Shown here: piece after piece, positions 1-9,228 of the stretch
Position numbering within the stretch: position 1 is the first letter of the stretch
Layout of the letters: each line of letters starts with the position of its first letter
Source: Candidatus Bathyarchaeota archaeon
Lineage (GTDB): Archaea; Thermoproteota; Bathyarchaeia; Bathyarchaeales; Bathycorpusculaceae
DNA length: 64,000 nucleotides
NCBI GenBank assembly: GCA_963826715.1
Contig: CAWGYA010000007.1
Location: 1 to 64,000 of the forward strand
Direction of reading: 5' to 3'
Position numbers and translations under genes: made by a program
Notes under the pieces: generated by a model
The model's database searches: none
The model's input: the letters and a program-made list of their open reading frames with translations, nothing else
Told to the model about the DNA's origin: nothing

Positions 1-118
1 AGTTGAATCAACTGATTAACTAACACAGTCTGAGTCTTTTCGCTCATTTGCCAAAGCGATTTTCTTAGTTAGATGATTATAAAAGGGTGTAACAACAATA
101 TCGCCTGTTGGGTCTGGT

Positions 119-727
119 TTGACTATGTCTCGCTCCGTATATGACGTTAAAATGCTTTTTGAAGATTTCAATAATCTAGAAGAGATCAAGGTTGAAGGGA
201 TAGCGTTTAGCAACGTTTCCATCTGGCTTTTTGCACGTAAAAGGGCCTATGCAAAATATCGTGAAAAGTTTGCCCCAGACAGATTGAGAGAGGGTGAAGA
301 GTGGAAGCGAGATTTCAGCGATTTTTTGCATTTTAGATTCAACCAGTCCTGGTCAACTCTTTATCGCAGTGGATTAGGGGCGCTATCAGATCCCGAGCGA
401 CTCAGAGATTTGCTGGTTTATTTGCAGGATGAATCAATCAGTGTCGAGATGCGTGTGAAAGAAGGATTGCAGGGAAGTTATCACTGCCAAAAAGTAGGGA
501 AGAACATCTTAACTGGTTTGCTTCACACTTTTAAGCCTGATTTATACGGTGTTTGGAATAATAGAACTGAGGATGCGTTAAAAAAAATTGGGCAAATGCC
601 AAGAATGTCAGGTAACGCTGGAAAGGACTACCTGGCAATAAATGCAACGTTAACAAAGCTTGCGGCTGAGCTTAAGACAGATCTGACTGCTATCGATGGT
701 TTCATGTGGTATATAAGCAAGGATTAG
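119..727 (+). CDS. Hypothetical protein resembling helical domains found at the N-termini of restriction/McrB-like proteins
   Basis: 202-aa ORF. The motifs GKNILTGLLH..P..YGVWNN and DL..IDGFMW recall HhH-like domains attached to defence nucleases. Assignment is by eye only. Confidence 0.4.
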   Translation: MTMSRSVYDVKMLFEDFNNLEEIKVEGIAFSNVSIWLFARKRAYAKYREKFAPDRLREGEEWKRDFSDFLHFRFNQSWSTLYRSGLGALSDPERLRDLLVYLQDESISVEMRVKEGLQGSYHCQKVGKNILTGLLHTFKPDLYGVWNNRTEDALKKIGQMPRMSGNAGKDYLAINATLTKLAAELKTDLTAIDGFMWYISKD

Positions 728-937
728 ACGGAGCGCATGTTTAAGGGTAATTAAGGGAGCAGCCAAAGATAATTTCAAGTATTGGTAAACCAAAAAATTA
801 ACCTTCTAAACAGCGAAATCAAAACAAACCTTATCCTTCCCAAAAGTAAAGAAGTAACATGGCGCTTACCAATAGTAATTGACAATTACAGTGATAACTC
901 AAACTATGTTTAGCCACTTTGTCTGAAAACTTTAAAA

Positions 938-2689
938 TCACATCAGGTTTTTTTGGAAGTTGATTTTTAGAAAGTCATCCGGGTAATTGATGGCATTGAA
1001 GAACAGAGGTGAACCTGAAAAGGAAAGCGGCGAAATTGGTCCGACAGTCATGAATGGGTATTGTTTGTGGTTTAGACTGCTTTGAGGGTCTCTAAAGGAC
1101 TGGTACAGCTTGAGGGCTTCGAACTGTCCGCCTATTATGTCTTTGAGGGCTAATCTTTCGACTCCCCAGCCTAAGCCAAACCCAAAAACGTAGATTCTGA
1201 TTTGGTCCAAGATGTCTCTGCTAAGACTTGAAAGTGTTTGGCTAATAAACATCCAACCTAACCCGTACTTTCTAGTAGTTCTTACCGCATCGACAAGTAT
1301 TGCTTTGACTTTTTCCAGATATTCATTTTCTGAGGGTTCTTTAGGAGCTAATCGGTGAGCTTCATCGATGATTACTAGAGAATTCAATAGTTGGTCTTTC
1401 TTGTATGCTTCCTGGGCTTTTTCTGTGATTTTTTCTAGAAACTCTGCTATTACGACTAGCTTCATCATGTCGTTCCAGTAGATGTCTTGGGGAATATTTT
1501 TTTCTGAGAGATCAATAATTGCGATATCTTGAGAAGTATTGCCATAGCCTTGAATTTTAGCAACTAAGTCTTTAATTTTGGTTTTTGAGTTTCCGTCGAA
1601 TCTAAATAGGTTGGAAATTCCAGCCCACATCTTGTAGAAGTCTTCTTGATCTGCGCCTTCTAATGCGGTCCTTACTCTTTCTCTGAGGTCTTGAGATGTG
1701 TAGATCTTTCTTAATACGTTATCAGTCTTCAAGGCATCCCAAATTCTGTTGAAAGCTTCTCTGGTGTAAGCTTGGTATGGTGCAATTGGGGAACCAAGGA
1801 GGGCGTAACTTCCTTTGGCTTTCAGTACAGCTTCAATTTCGTTAGCAGCTTGCATTTTATTGGTTTCTAGATAGATCCCTAATCTATTTAGAAAATCAGA
1901 GTGTACCAGAATTTTTTTGAATAAATCGTCACCTGTCAAAACGAGGTTGTGTAAGTCGTAAACTTGAACTAAGCGGCCCATTTTTCCGCAAAGTGTTGCT
2001 TTGAGGGCTGAGTTTTCTTTAAAGTCCTTAGAGAACTCGCCTTGAGGATCAAGGACAAAGATACCCATTTGCGGATGTTTGGCGTAAGCTGTCATGATCA
2101 TCTTCGCCAAGACTGATTTGCCTGAACCGGTTTTTCCAAAGATTCCTATATGGTAAGCTTCGCCAGCGCCTTGATCTGCTCGGCCAAAGTGCTTAAACCA
2201 CATTGGCATCTTAACAGTGCTGCCGTAAGCGTTTCCTAAATAGAACAATTCGTTTTGATAATCTGCTAAGAGCGAGTTTAGAACATCTTCACTAAGTGCT
2301 TTTATGGGCGTTCCTGTTGAGGGTACAGTCCCTAATATGCTCTGTTCGATTGATCCATTCTTTTTGGCAAAGACTGAGCTGACGGTCATTTTTGCGATAT
2401 GTGTATCTTGTCTTTCGGTGATGGGGTCGATTCTTCCCTTTTGCCTTATTAATCCTCTTATTGTTGGGTCTTGAGCCCATACGTTTTGCATTAATATCTC
2501 GACTATTTGGCCTAACGCATAATGGTCAAGTCCGTCTTGGTTGAAATTAAATACGCTCAAACTTCCAACGAGACTTTTGCCGATTGCTGTTCCTAAAACG
2601 TCTATTGTAAGCTGACCTGTTGAAGAAGGAGAGCCTATTACTCCGATTCGTTCGGTGTTGTCAAATGTTTTCTTAATGTCTTCGGTCAT
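938..2689 (-). CDS. herA: HerA/FtsK-family ATPase (DUF87) with N-terminal HAS-barrel-like region
   Basis: Walker A GKTGSGKS, VLDPQGEF, Walker B IIDEAHR and RTTRKYGLG..ISQ. Lies directly downstream of nurA. Confidence 0.88.
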   Translation of the reverse strand: MTEDIKKTFDNTERIGVIGSPSSTGQLTIDVLGTAIGKSLVGSLSVFNFNQDGLDHYALGQIVEILMQNVWAQDPTIRGLIRQKGRIDPITERQDTHIAKMTVSSVFAKKNGSIEQSILGTVPSTGTPIKALSEDVLNSLLADYQNELFYLGNAYGSTVKMPMWFKHFGRADQGAGEAYHIGIFGKTGSGKSVLAKMIMTAYAKHPQMGIFVLDPQGEFSKDFKENSALKATLCGKMGRLVQVYDLHNLVLTGDDLFKKILVHSDFLNRLGIYLETNKMQAANEIEAVLKAKGSYALLGSPIAPYQAYTREAFNRIWDALKTDNVLRKIYTSQDLRERVRTALEGADQEDFYKMWAGISNLFRFDGNSKTKIKDLVAKIQGYGNTSQDIAIIDLSEKNIPQDIYWNDMMKLVVIAEFLEKITEKAQEAYKKDQLLNSLVIIDEAHRLAPKEPSENEYLEKVKAILVDAVRTTRKYGLGWMFISQTLSSLSRDILDQIRIYVFGFGLGWGVERLALKDIIGGQFEALKLYQSFRDPQSSLNHKQYPFMTVGPISPLSFSGSPLFFNAINYPDDFLKINFQKNLM

Positions 2690-2699
2690 TTTTTTGCCT

Positions 2700-3863
2700 C
2701 TAAATTCCTATGCTTGTTCGGTAACCATGCATTGCTAAGTAGATGTTCCCCATCTTGTCTTCCCACTCAGCGGACATCTGCTGGGTAGTAGTTCGTCTAA
2801 TAGCTGGCAACGCAGTTGCTAAGTGTTTAACCATCCTGTCAGCCAGATAAAGTGGGAAAGGCTCCATTATGCTTGCAGAGCTGCATTGGAGCCTAAGAGA
2901 CTCTAGAAGAATAGCTAATCTATGGGGATTGCTAGCTATGGAGTTAGCGATTTCTATTCTTAAAACTGGAAAGTAGCTGCAAGGTCGGTAATATAAAATT
3001 TGAAGCCCATCTAGGCCGTTGTAGATTTGATTAACTAACTCTTCGACGTTCATGGCTTTTATGGGTTTAATGTTGACATTGCGTACCCCTTGTGTATCTT
3101 GAAAGGGAACGGGACCTACAAATTCTCCACTTTCAAGAATAAAAGTAAGAAGACCGCGATCTTCATAAGTGTCCAGGCCCAAAATATCCTGTGTTATTTC
3201 AGATTTTGTGGTGTATTTTGGTATACCTGCGAATATTTTGTCGGTTCTTTCACATGTAATAACTTTACAGTATGATTCTAAGGCTTTTTTTACACGACTA
3301 GTTAGAAAGCGCTCGAGACTTTCATCAATATGGCCGATTTTATTTATGCCTTGATTAATTGCAACAAGAGGTGTGATTAAAGAACCGTCAATATACACTA
3401 CGTCATGAGGTGCAAAAGCCGCCATCTCTAGTTCCATGCACATCATAACGGATCTGGCAAACTGGTAAGTATCGTCATCATGGGCTACAGTTAAAATATC
3501 AGACAAATGATGCGGATTGGGCCAGTATCTTTTTTCTGAGGGGGGAGTTAGTCCTTCCATTGCTACTGCAGCAAACGCAATCAAATCCGTGCATATCAAT
3601 CGTTCAATCGCAAAAGCGCCATCAACTGCACATGTGGTTGGATATGAAGGCGCTGAGGAAATATCGGTGTCTTTATGCAGTATCTTTTTTTCTGCCAGTT
3701 TGGTTCGAATCTGGGCCTTGGAATCATGAAGTCTTTGGAAAGAAGCGGAAAGATTGGAACCTATCCTATTGCATTGACATAGCATTTCTTCTACCAGAGC
3801 TTCAGGTAACTCACCGAAGGGTCCATTATTATCTTGAGACACAATTGTTCCTTTATCTCTCAT
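2700..3863 (-). CDS. nurA: NurA-family nuclease (RNase H fold)
   Basis: Motifs CAVDG, VYIDGSL, GIPK and EPFPLYLAD. Ends 10 bp upstream of herA. Confidence 0.85.
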   Translation of the reverse strand: MRDKGTIVSQDNNGPFGELPEALVEEMLCQCNRIGSNLSASFQRLHDSKAQIRTKLAEKKILHKDTDISSAPSYPTTCAVDGAFAIERLICTDLIAFAAVAMEGLTPPSEKRYWPNPHHLSDILTVAHDDDTYQFARSVMMCMELEMAAFAPHDVVYIDGSLITPLVAINQGINKIGHIDESLERFLTSRVKKALESYCKVITCERTDKIFAGIPKYTTKSEITQDILGLDTYEDRGLLTFILESGEFVGPVPFQDTQGVRNVNIKPIKAMNVEELVNQIYNGLDGLQILYYRPCSYFPVLRIEIANSIASNPHRLAILLESLRLQCSSASIMEPFPLYLADRMVKHLATALPAIRRTTTQQMSAEWEDKMGNIYLAMHGYRTSIGI

Positions 3864-4006
3864 TTCAACGGTTTAGGTATAAGACATTTACTTATCTGAG
3901 ATAAGTAGAATTATTAAAAACTTAATCAGACCACCCGTATTTCAAATGATCTTAGGATAGAAAAAACTATAAGGTATTTACAAGCGAACAAAAATCGGTG
4001 AAGAAA

Positions 4007-4153
4007 GTGAGTTCAAAAGAAAAGCTAAAGTGCAAAGTCTGTGGCAAAGTCATTGCCAAAGAAGAAAGCGAACAGTACGATGGTATGTGTTGGGAATGCT
4101 GGGACGACCAGCTAACAGAAGAAACAGACAACATGTTCGACGATCCAATTTAG
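4007..4153 (+). CDS. Small zinc-finger protein (48 aa, not in ORF track)
   Basis: GTG start after GGTGA. Translates as MSSKEKLKCKVCGKVIAKEESEQYDGMCWECWDDQLTEETDNMFDDPI, with two CxxC motifs and an acidic tail. Confidence 0.65.
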   Translation: MSSKEKLKCKVCGKVIAKEESEQYDGMCWECWDDQLTEETDNMFDDPI

Positions 4154-4170
4154 GCACAAACTGTTTGGTA

Positions 4171-4767
4171 TCAAGACCTTAAAAATTTTTCAAATTCAAC
4201 GTTATAATTGCTTCTTTTCCATAGAAAGTCGTATGATGCTTGGTTTGGATCGAGGCTATGGATATCTTGAATGAATTCGTCTGGTACAATAAGGACAAGG
4301 CAGAAGAAGTCGCCATATTGTTGCCGAAATAGGGAAAGTTTAAACAAAGTTTCTTTGAGGTTATCTCTGACTCCATGTGGTTCAAGCAAAACCTTTCTGC
4401 CCTTGTTTGTGTAGCGGGGTAGTAAAAAGTCAGGTGTGTAGGTTAGTGCTTTGTTTTCGTTTGAGAGGTAGAACTTCATGAATTCGTATTGAAAAATGAT
4501 TTGTTTGCTGCTTAAGAATTGGTAAACGTTGTTTTCTAGAAATGTGAAGACACCTGGTAAAATGAGTTCGCCGATTTTGTTGTAATGATTAACTACGGTT
4601 AGGTATTGAATGGGGGCGTTTGGAAATTCTTGGCTTTTTTTAATAAAGAAGCGTAGTGTTTTTTCTAAGGATTCCTGGGTATGGTCTAAATATTCTAGAC
4701 CTTGTTCCCAATATGAAGAAGGGGAAGTCAACTTTGATTGGGTCATCTGGGAAAAGCGTTTGGGCAA
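4171..4767 (-). CDS. PD-(D/E)xK-like nuclease domain, probably the C-terminal part of the 5521 gene
   Basis: Pattern E-N...FQYE...YTPDFLLP...LLEPHG. It joins the upstream frame if one base is removed near 4700. Confidence 0.55.
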   Translation of the reverse strand: MPKRFSQMTQSKLTSPSSYWEQGLEYLDHTQESLEKTLRFFIKKSQEFPNAPIQYLTVVNHYNKIGELILPGVFTFLENNVYQFLSSKQIIFQYEFMKFYLSNENKALTYTPDFLLPRYTNKGRKVLLEPHGVRDNLKETLFKLSLFRQQYGDFFCLVLIVPDEFIQDIHSLDPNQASYDFLWKRSNYNVEFEKFLRS

Positions 4768-5521
4768 ACTGGGTTATTTTTTCTGTGTCGGTGTCGAATT
4801 CTTGTGTGTTTTTCCACCAGCTCTCCGGCCGGTTTTTACTGTTTAGGTCGAATGGAAGGTTTTCGTTTTTACTTAGACCGAGTGCAACGTGGACTCTTAG
4901 TTTGGGGGTAGTTAGGGGAATCATTAGATCCTTTGGGTCGAATTGAAAGAGCTTTAGGTCAGGGGCATCGCGTACCATCCAGCGTAGGTATAGCCAAGCT
5001 TTTGATTTATGTTGTTTATTCATCCGTTTAATTTTGTATGATAGCTGGTCAACGAGGTGTTTTGGTTTTAAGCCCTTCTGATGTAGCTGAGTTGTATACT
5101 CAATAAGGTCTCCATTGGTTTTTTGAGCTACAAACGTATTAACTGAGCACAGAACAGCGGGTAACTCGTTTTTTTTGTCGCCTAATTTATCTAATAATTC
5201 GTTTCTTTGCTCGAATTTAGGGATTTCTTTCTTGAAGTCCTCTGGGTTTAGAGTTGTGTAGAGTGTGTTTCCTAATGTATTGTGTAAGTGGTGAAGTAGC
5301 ATTCTGATGTTTCTTGGGTTTCCTGTTAGTTTGTAGTCGCTTATTGAAGCTGCTAGCAGAAAATAGTGTGAGGCCTCTTTTTTGGATGGGTAACTATCTA
5401 GAGGCATGAACCAGAGTTTAGGTTCGGGTGTTTGGTCCAGTTCTAAATCAGCAATGCCACTGTATTTTTGGGTAAACTGGACAAGTAAGTTCCTTAACTC
5501 GTTTGACACTTCTTGGCTCAT
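4640..5521 (-). CDS. TIGR02757/DUF2400-like (HhH-GPD-related) domain, probably the N-terminal part of a frameshifted gene
   Basis: Motifs WLYLRWMVR, LMIPL and FPDDPIKVDFPF match the DUF2400 pattern. Overlaps the next ORF by 128 bp. Confidence 0.6.
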   Translation of the reverse strand: MSQEVSNELRNLLVQFTQKYSGIADLELDQTPEPKLWFMPLDSYPSKKEASHYFLLAASISDYKLTGNPRNIRMLLHHLHNTLGNTLYTTLNPEDFKKEIPKFEQRNELLDKLGDKKNELPAVLCSVNTFVAQKTNGDLIEYTTQLHQKGLKPKHLVDQLSYKIKRMNKQHKSKAWLYLRWMVRDAPDLKLFQFDPKDLMIPLTTPKLRVHVALGLSKNENLPFDLNSKNRPESWWKNTQEFDTDTEKITQFAQTLFPDDPIKVDFPFFILGTRSRIFRPYPGILRKNTTLLY

Positions 5522-5614
5522 GGCTTCTTATTTAGTTGTTAGCGCTTAATTGTTTTTGCACAAGTCGTGTATTGAAGAGAAAGTGTTAAAATCAAGGGCT
5601 ATTATCGTGTAGGC

Positions 5615-6295
5615 ATGCATAAGATTAGGGCAATCTTGTTTGATCTCGATAATACGTTAATAGATTTTCTTCATATGAAAGAAGAGTCCTGTAGGGCGGC
5701 TGCGCATGCGATGGTGTTGGCAGGTTTGCGAATGGAAGAGAATGAAGCATATGAGCGGCTGATTAAAACCTATTTTTTTGTTGGAATAGAATCGGATAGT
5801 GCCTTTTCGGAGTTTTTAGTAAGCATCGACCAGTTTGATCATAAGTTGTTGGCGGCTGCGATTAATGCGTATTTGGATACGAAGGGGAAGTGTTTGAAGC
5901 CTTATCCTAACGTTAGGTCTGTTTTAAGTAAGCTTCAGCGGAAAGGAATTGTTCTCTCTATTGTTACCGATGCTCCGAAAACAAAGGCTTACCAGCGATT
6001 ATTGGGTATGGGGATCGGGTCTTACTTCAAGTTTGTTGTTGGTTATGAGGATACGAATAGTGCTAAGCATACTGGTTTACCTCTTGTGCTTGCGTTAGAT
6101 TTGCTTAAAAAAGAAATCCCGGAAGTCAAAGCAGGGGAAGTTTTGATGGTTGGTGACTCCATGGTTAGGGATATTATCCCTGCGAAAAGGATTGGGTTTC
6201 AGACTGCATTGTCTAAGTATGGGCAAATAGGCGCTGAGTCTGGTAATGCTGATTTTGAATTTGGAGAGTTCAAAGACTTACTAACTATACTATAG
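5615..6295 (+). CDS. HAD-superfamily hydrolase (subfamily IA)
   Basis: Motif I FDLDNTL, motif II IVTD, a Lys, and motif IV MVGDS..RD. Confidence 0.9.
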   Translation: MHKIRAILFDLDNTLIDFLHMKEESCRAAAHAMVLAGLRMEENEAYERLIKTYFFVGIESDSAFSEFLVSIDQFDHKLLAAAINAYLDTKGKCLKPYPNVRSVLSKLQRKGIVLSIVTDAPKTKAYQRLLGMGIGSYFKFVVGYEDTNSAKHTGLPLVLALDLLKKEIPEVKAGEVLMVGDSMVRDIIPAKRIGFQTALSKYGQIGAESGNADFEFGEFKDLLTIL

Positions 6296-6353
6296 AGTTT
6301 ATTGGTAAATTATTAAAGTAAGTTAGCCAGTAATTGCCATTGCGTGAGATGCA

Positions 6354-8156
6354 TTGACTGCTAAGTTAACGTTCTTTGGTGGAGTAGGTGAGATAGGTGG
6401 CAACAAAATCCTTCTCCAAACAGAAGATGGAACAGTTCTGTTGGATTTTGGGCGCAGGATGAATGAGTATGGGAAATATTTCTCGGACTATTTGCAGGCT
6501 CGCTCCAAAAATGCTCTTCGAGATCTGCTGCGTTTGCAGATTTTGCCTAAAATAGATGGTATCTACACGCCTTACTTGGTTGATATGACGTTGCTGTTTG
6601 AAACTGATGATGTTGCCAGTAAAGTGCCTCTTAAGGAAGCTCTTGATTACTGGAAAACCCTTGATGTCTGCCCCTGTAATCCGGGTCATCCAGCTGTCGA
6701 TGGTGTCTTTGTCAGCCATGCCCATTTTGATCATATCCAAGACGTCAGCTTCCTGGATCCCAGTATACCGGTCTATTGTACCGAAAAAACAAAGGTGTTG
6801 GTTAAAGCAATGACGGATGTCTCGCCTTCAGGAGTAGACGATCAATATTGCAAGTTAGCCAAAGAATCCACAATAAAACAGAAATCGCCAACATATAAGA
6901 CCCTCTGTCCGGGCGAATGTTGCTTTTGTGAGGAGAAAGAAGAAGCACACCCCATCGTTTTGGACCCCAAAACCAAGTTCGAGTTCACCTTTGACATAGC
7001 CCCCAAATACCGCACATTCATCACCGCTTCTGAGGGAAGCATAAGGGGTATCAAATACAAGCTCATCCCCGTAGGGCACAGTGTACCTGGCGCCTGCTCA
7101 ATCCTGCTTACCTTGCCCGATGGCAAACGCGTCCTATACACAGGCGACATAAGATTCCACGGTGCTGGTGAAGTCTCAATTGATGACTATGTAGCTGCAG
7201 TTGGTGGTCCAGTTGACGTTTTAGTCACTGAGGGCACACGGGTTGACTCCGATGACGTTCTAACTGAGGAGCAAATCGGCAAAGACATAACCTCCGACAT
7301 CGCGTGCTGTAGTGGGTTGGTGTTAGTTAACTTTGGCTGGAAAGACCTCACCCGCTTCACCACCATCTATGAGGCAGCTAAAGCGAACGGGCGCACCCTT
7401 GCAATCTCACCAAAGCTTGCATATCTACTCTTTGAAATGCACTGCAGCTTCCCTGCCGAATTCCCAGACCCTCGAACGATGGCTAACCTAACAGTTTACT
7501 TACGCCGTGAGGGCGATCTACTCTACTCCAAAGTAGACTACGACAAATGGAAAATGGGTTACCTAAACTTCCATGGGCGAAACGTCTCCAAAGACGACCG
7601 CAACCTTGTCCGAATTGCAGAACGCCTCGGTGTAGGCGGCGAAGTAGGCAACCCCAAAAATCCCCTCCCCGCAAGCTGCGCTGGAGACGTATATGACTAC
7701 AAGGAAATCTACTCGCTAGCCACTGCACATCTGGACCACGGCGTTAGGGCCTATCAAATCCGCCAAAAACCCAGCCAGTATGTGCTGATGTTTTCGTTTT
7801 GGGATGCAAACGAACTCTTCGACCTAATACCACCTAATGGCAACCACAGGACACAATATATTTCTGCATCCACCGAGCCGTTCAGCGAGGAAATGGATAT
7901 AGACGAACGCAAAATGGTACAGTGGATGGATTTCTTCAAAGTTGAATGCAATTTTGAAGTTGACCAAGAGGGCGAGCGGTCGTTTAAGCGTAGGCACGTT
8001 TCAGGACACGCCTCCAAACCAGAACTTCAAGAGTTAATAGACAAGATCAACCCAACAAAAATAATACCCGTACATAGCAACTATCCGGAGATGTTCGAAG
8101 AATTGTTCAGGGGAAAAGTCTTTTTACCAAAAAACTCCGAAGCTATCGAATTATAG
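6354..8156 (+). CDS. Metallo-beta-lactamase/beta-CASP nuclease (RNase J-like)
   Basis: Motifs GGVGEIGGN, SHAHFDH, GHSVPG, YTGDIRFHG, TEGT, HVSGHA and IPVH. Confidence 0.85.
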   Translation: MTAKLTFFGGVGEIGGNKILLQTEDGTVLLDFGRRMNEYGKYFSDYLQARSKNALRDLLRLQILPKIDGIYTPYLVDMTLLFETDDVASKVPLKEALDYWKTLDVCPCNPGHPAVDGVFVSHAHFDHIQDVSFLDPSIPVYCTEKTKVLVKAMTDVSPSGVDDQYCKLAKESTIKQKSPTYKTLCPGECCFCEEKEEAHPIVLDPKTKFEFTFDIAPKYRTFITASEGSIRGIKYKLIPVGHSVPGACSILLTLPDGKRVLYTGDIRFHGAGEVSIDDYVAAVGGPVDVLVTEGTRVDSDDVLTEEQIGKDITSDIACCSGLVLVNFGWKDLTRFTTIYEAAKANGRTLAISPKLAYLLFEMHCSFPAEFPDPRTMANLTVYLRREGDLLYSKVDYDKWKMGYLNFHGRNVSKDDRNLVRIAERLGVGGEVGNPKNPLPASCAGDVYDYKEIYSLATAHLDHGVRAYQIRQKPSQYVLMFSFWDANELFDLIPPNGNHRTQYISASTEPFSEEMDIDERKMVQWMDFFKVECNFEVDQEGERSFKRRHVSGHASKPELQELIDKINPTKIIPVHSNYPEMFEELFRGKVFLPKNSEAIEL

Positions 8157-8317
8157 GGTAATTGCATGAAAGATGACAAACAGCATTGCCAGGTTTGCGG
8201 TTGAGAAATAACCAAAGAAAACTTACATTTGTCAATTTATTCAATAACTTACCCTTAAATTCTAAAAAGTTTAAAATGAAACCTTGATACCTATACAAGC
8301 TAAAATCATTTATCTTC

Positions 8318-8520
8318 ATGAATGGCAAAAAGGTTGAAGAATCAAAATTTGAATCTGAACCAGCGTTTGAGCAGATAGTTAAACAAAACTTCATAATCCT
8401 TTTTGGTGCCAAAACTGTTTATTTCGATATAAAAAACAAATAGATTTTAGGACTTTAGGGTCTGCTATTCCTGATGCTTTCTTGTTCGATTTTAGGGATA
8501 ACAATAATCTGCTCTTGTAA
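8318..8520 (+). pseudogene. Truncated, frameshifted PD-(D/E)xK-like nuclease remnant
   Basis: MNGKKVEESKFESEPAFEQIVKQN...YFDIKNK ends in a stop. One extra A near 8440 would continue as IDFRTLGSAIPDAFLFDF, which then stops before the expected ExK-type motif. Confidence 0.45.
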
Positions 8521-8540
8521 ACCGAGTTGAACAAATTAGT

Positions 8541-8762
8541 ATGAAATATTGGTTTGCTCTAATAACGTCACTTATTATTTCTGCCATAATTTTCATCACT
8601 TTCATTGTTTTCCTTACCGTTCTAATAGCTCCATTACTAATCAATATTGGGAACTCTACTAGAGCTATTGGTATAGTAAGGTTAGTTCCTATTGGGCTTT
8701 CACTAATAGTTAGTATTGTACTTATAGATTACATCAACTTATTTCTTCGAAGTAGGCAATAA
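8541..8762 (+). CDS. Small two-TM membrane protein
   Basis: 73-aa ORF with two hydrophobic segments. Confidence 0.45.
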   Translation: MKYWFALITSLIISAIIFITFIVFLTVLIAPLLINIGNSTRAIGIVRLVPIGLSLIVSIVLIDYINLFLRSRQ

Positions 8763-9228
8763 TTACTTGAAGAGTAATCCATGTCCAGAAGAGTTTTTGC
8801 TTGCACAATGAGCACTAACGACATACTTTTTTGAAAAAAACCGAATCAACGCTGCGTTTGCAACGACAAAATATCTCGGTCAGGAGTTTTGGAGTTATAC
8901 CTTAATTGGAGACCCCTTAAACTACAGAAGGAGATTTTATGCTAAAGAGTTTAAACTCCTTGCGAACGTAGAAACTGTAATTGGACGAATGCTTCTATTT
9001 TCTGAAGAACAATTCGAGCATTACTTGTTAGCTTTGATTTAAGCTTGGTTGCCAATGATGACCCTGTGGTTTTTCTGTATTTAAAATGTATAACCAAGAA
9101 GTGAGAAAATACGGGGCACTCGGAGGATGGCTTGAAAAGTCTCCAAAACAATTAACAAGCCTAAAAGGGGTTGCAGGCATTATTGGAACGATCTTTACAG
9201 GGTAATAGCAGGTGGTTTCTTGAATCAT

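Noticed and set aside
8781-9228. Short ORFs downstream of brxA copy 2
   Set aside because: No recognisable motifs on either strand. It may be a decayed gene, but this cannot be supported.
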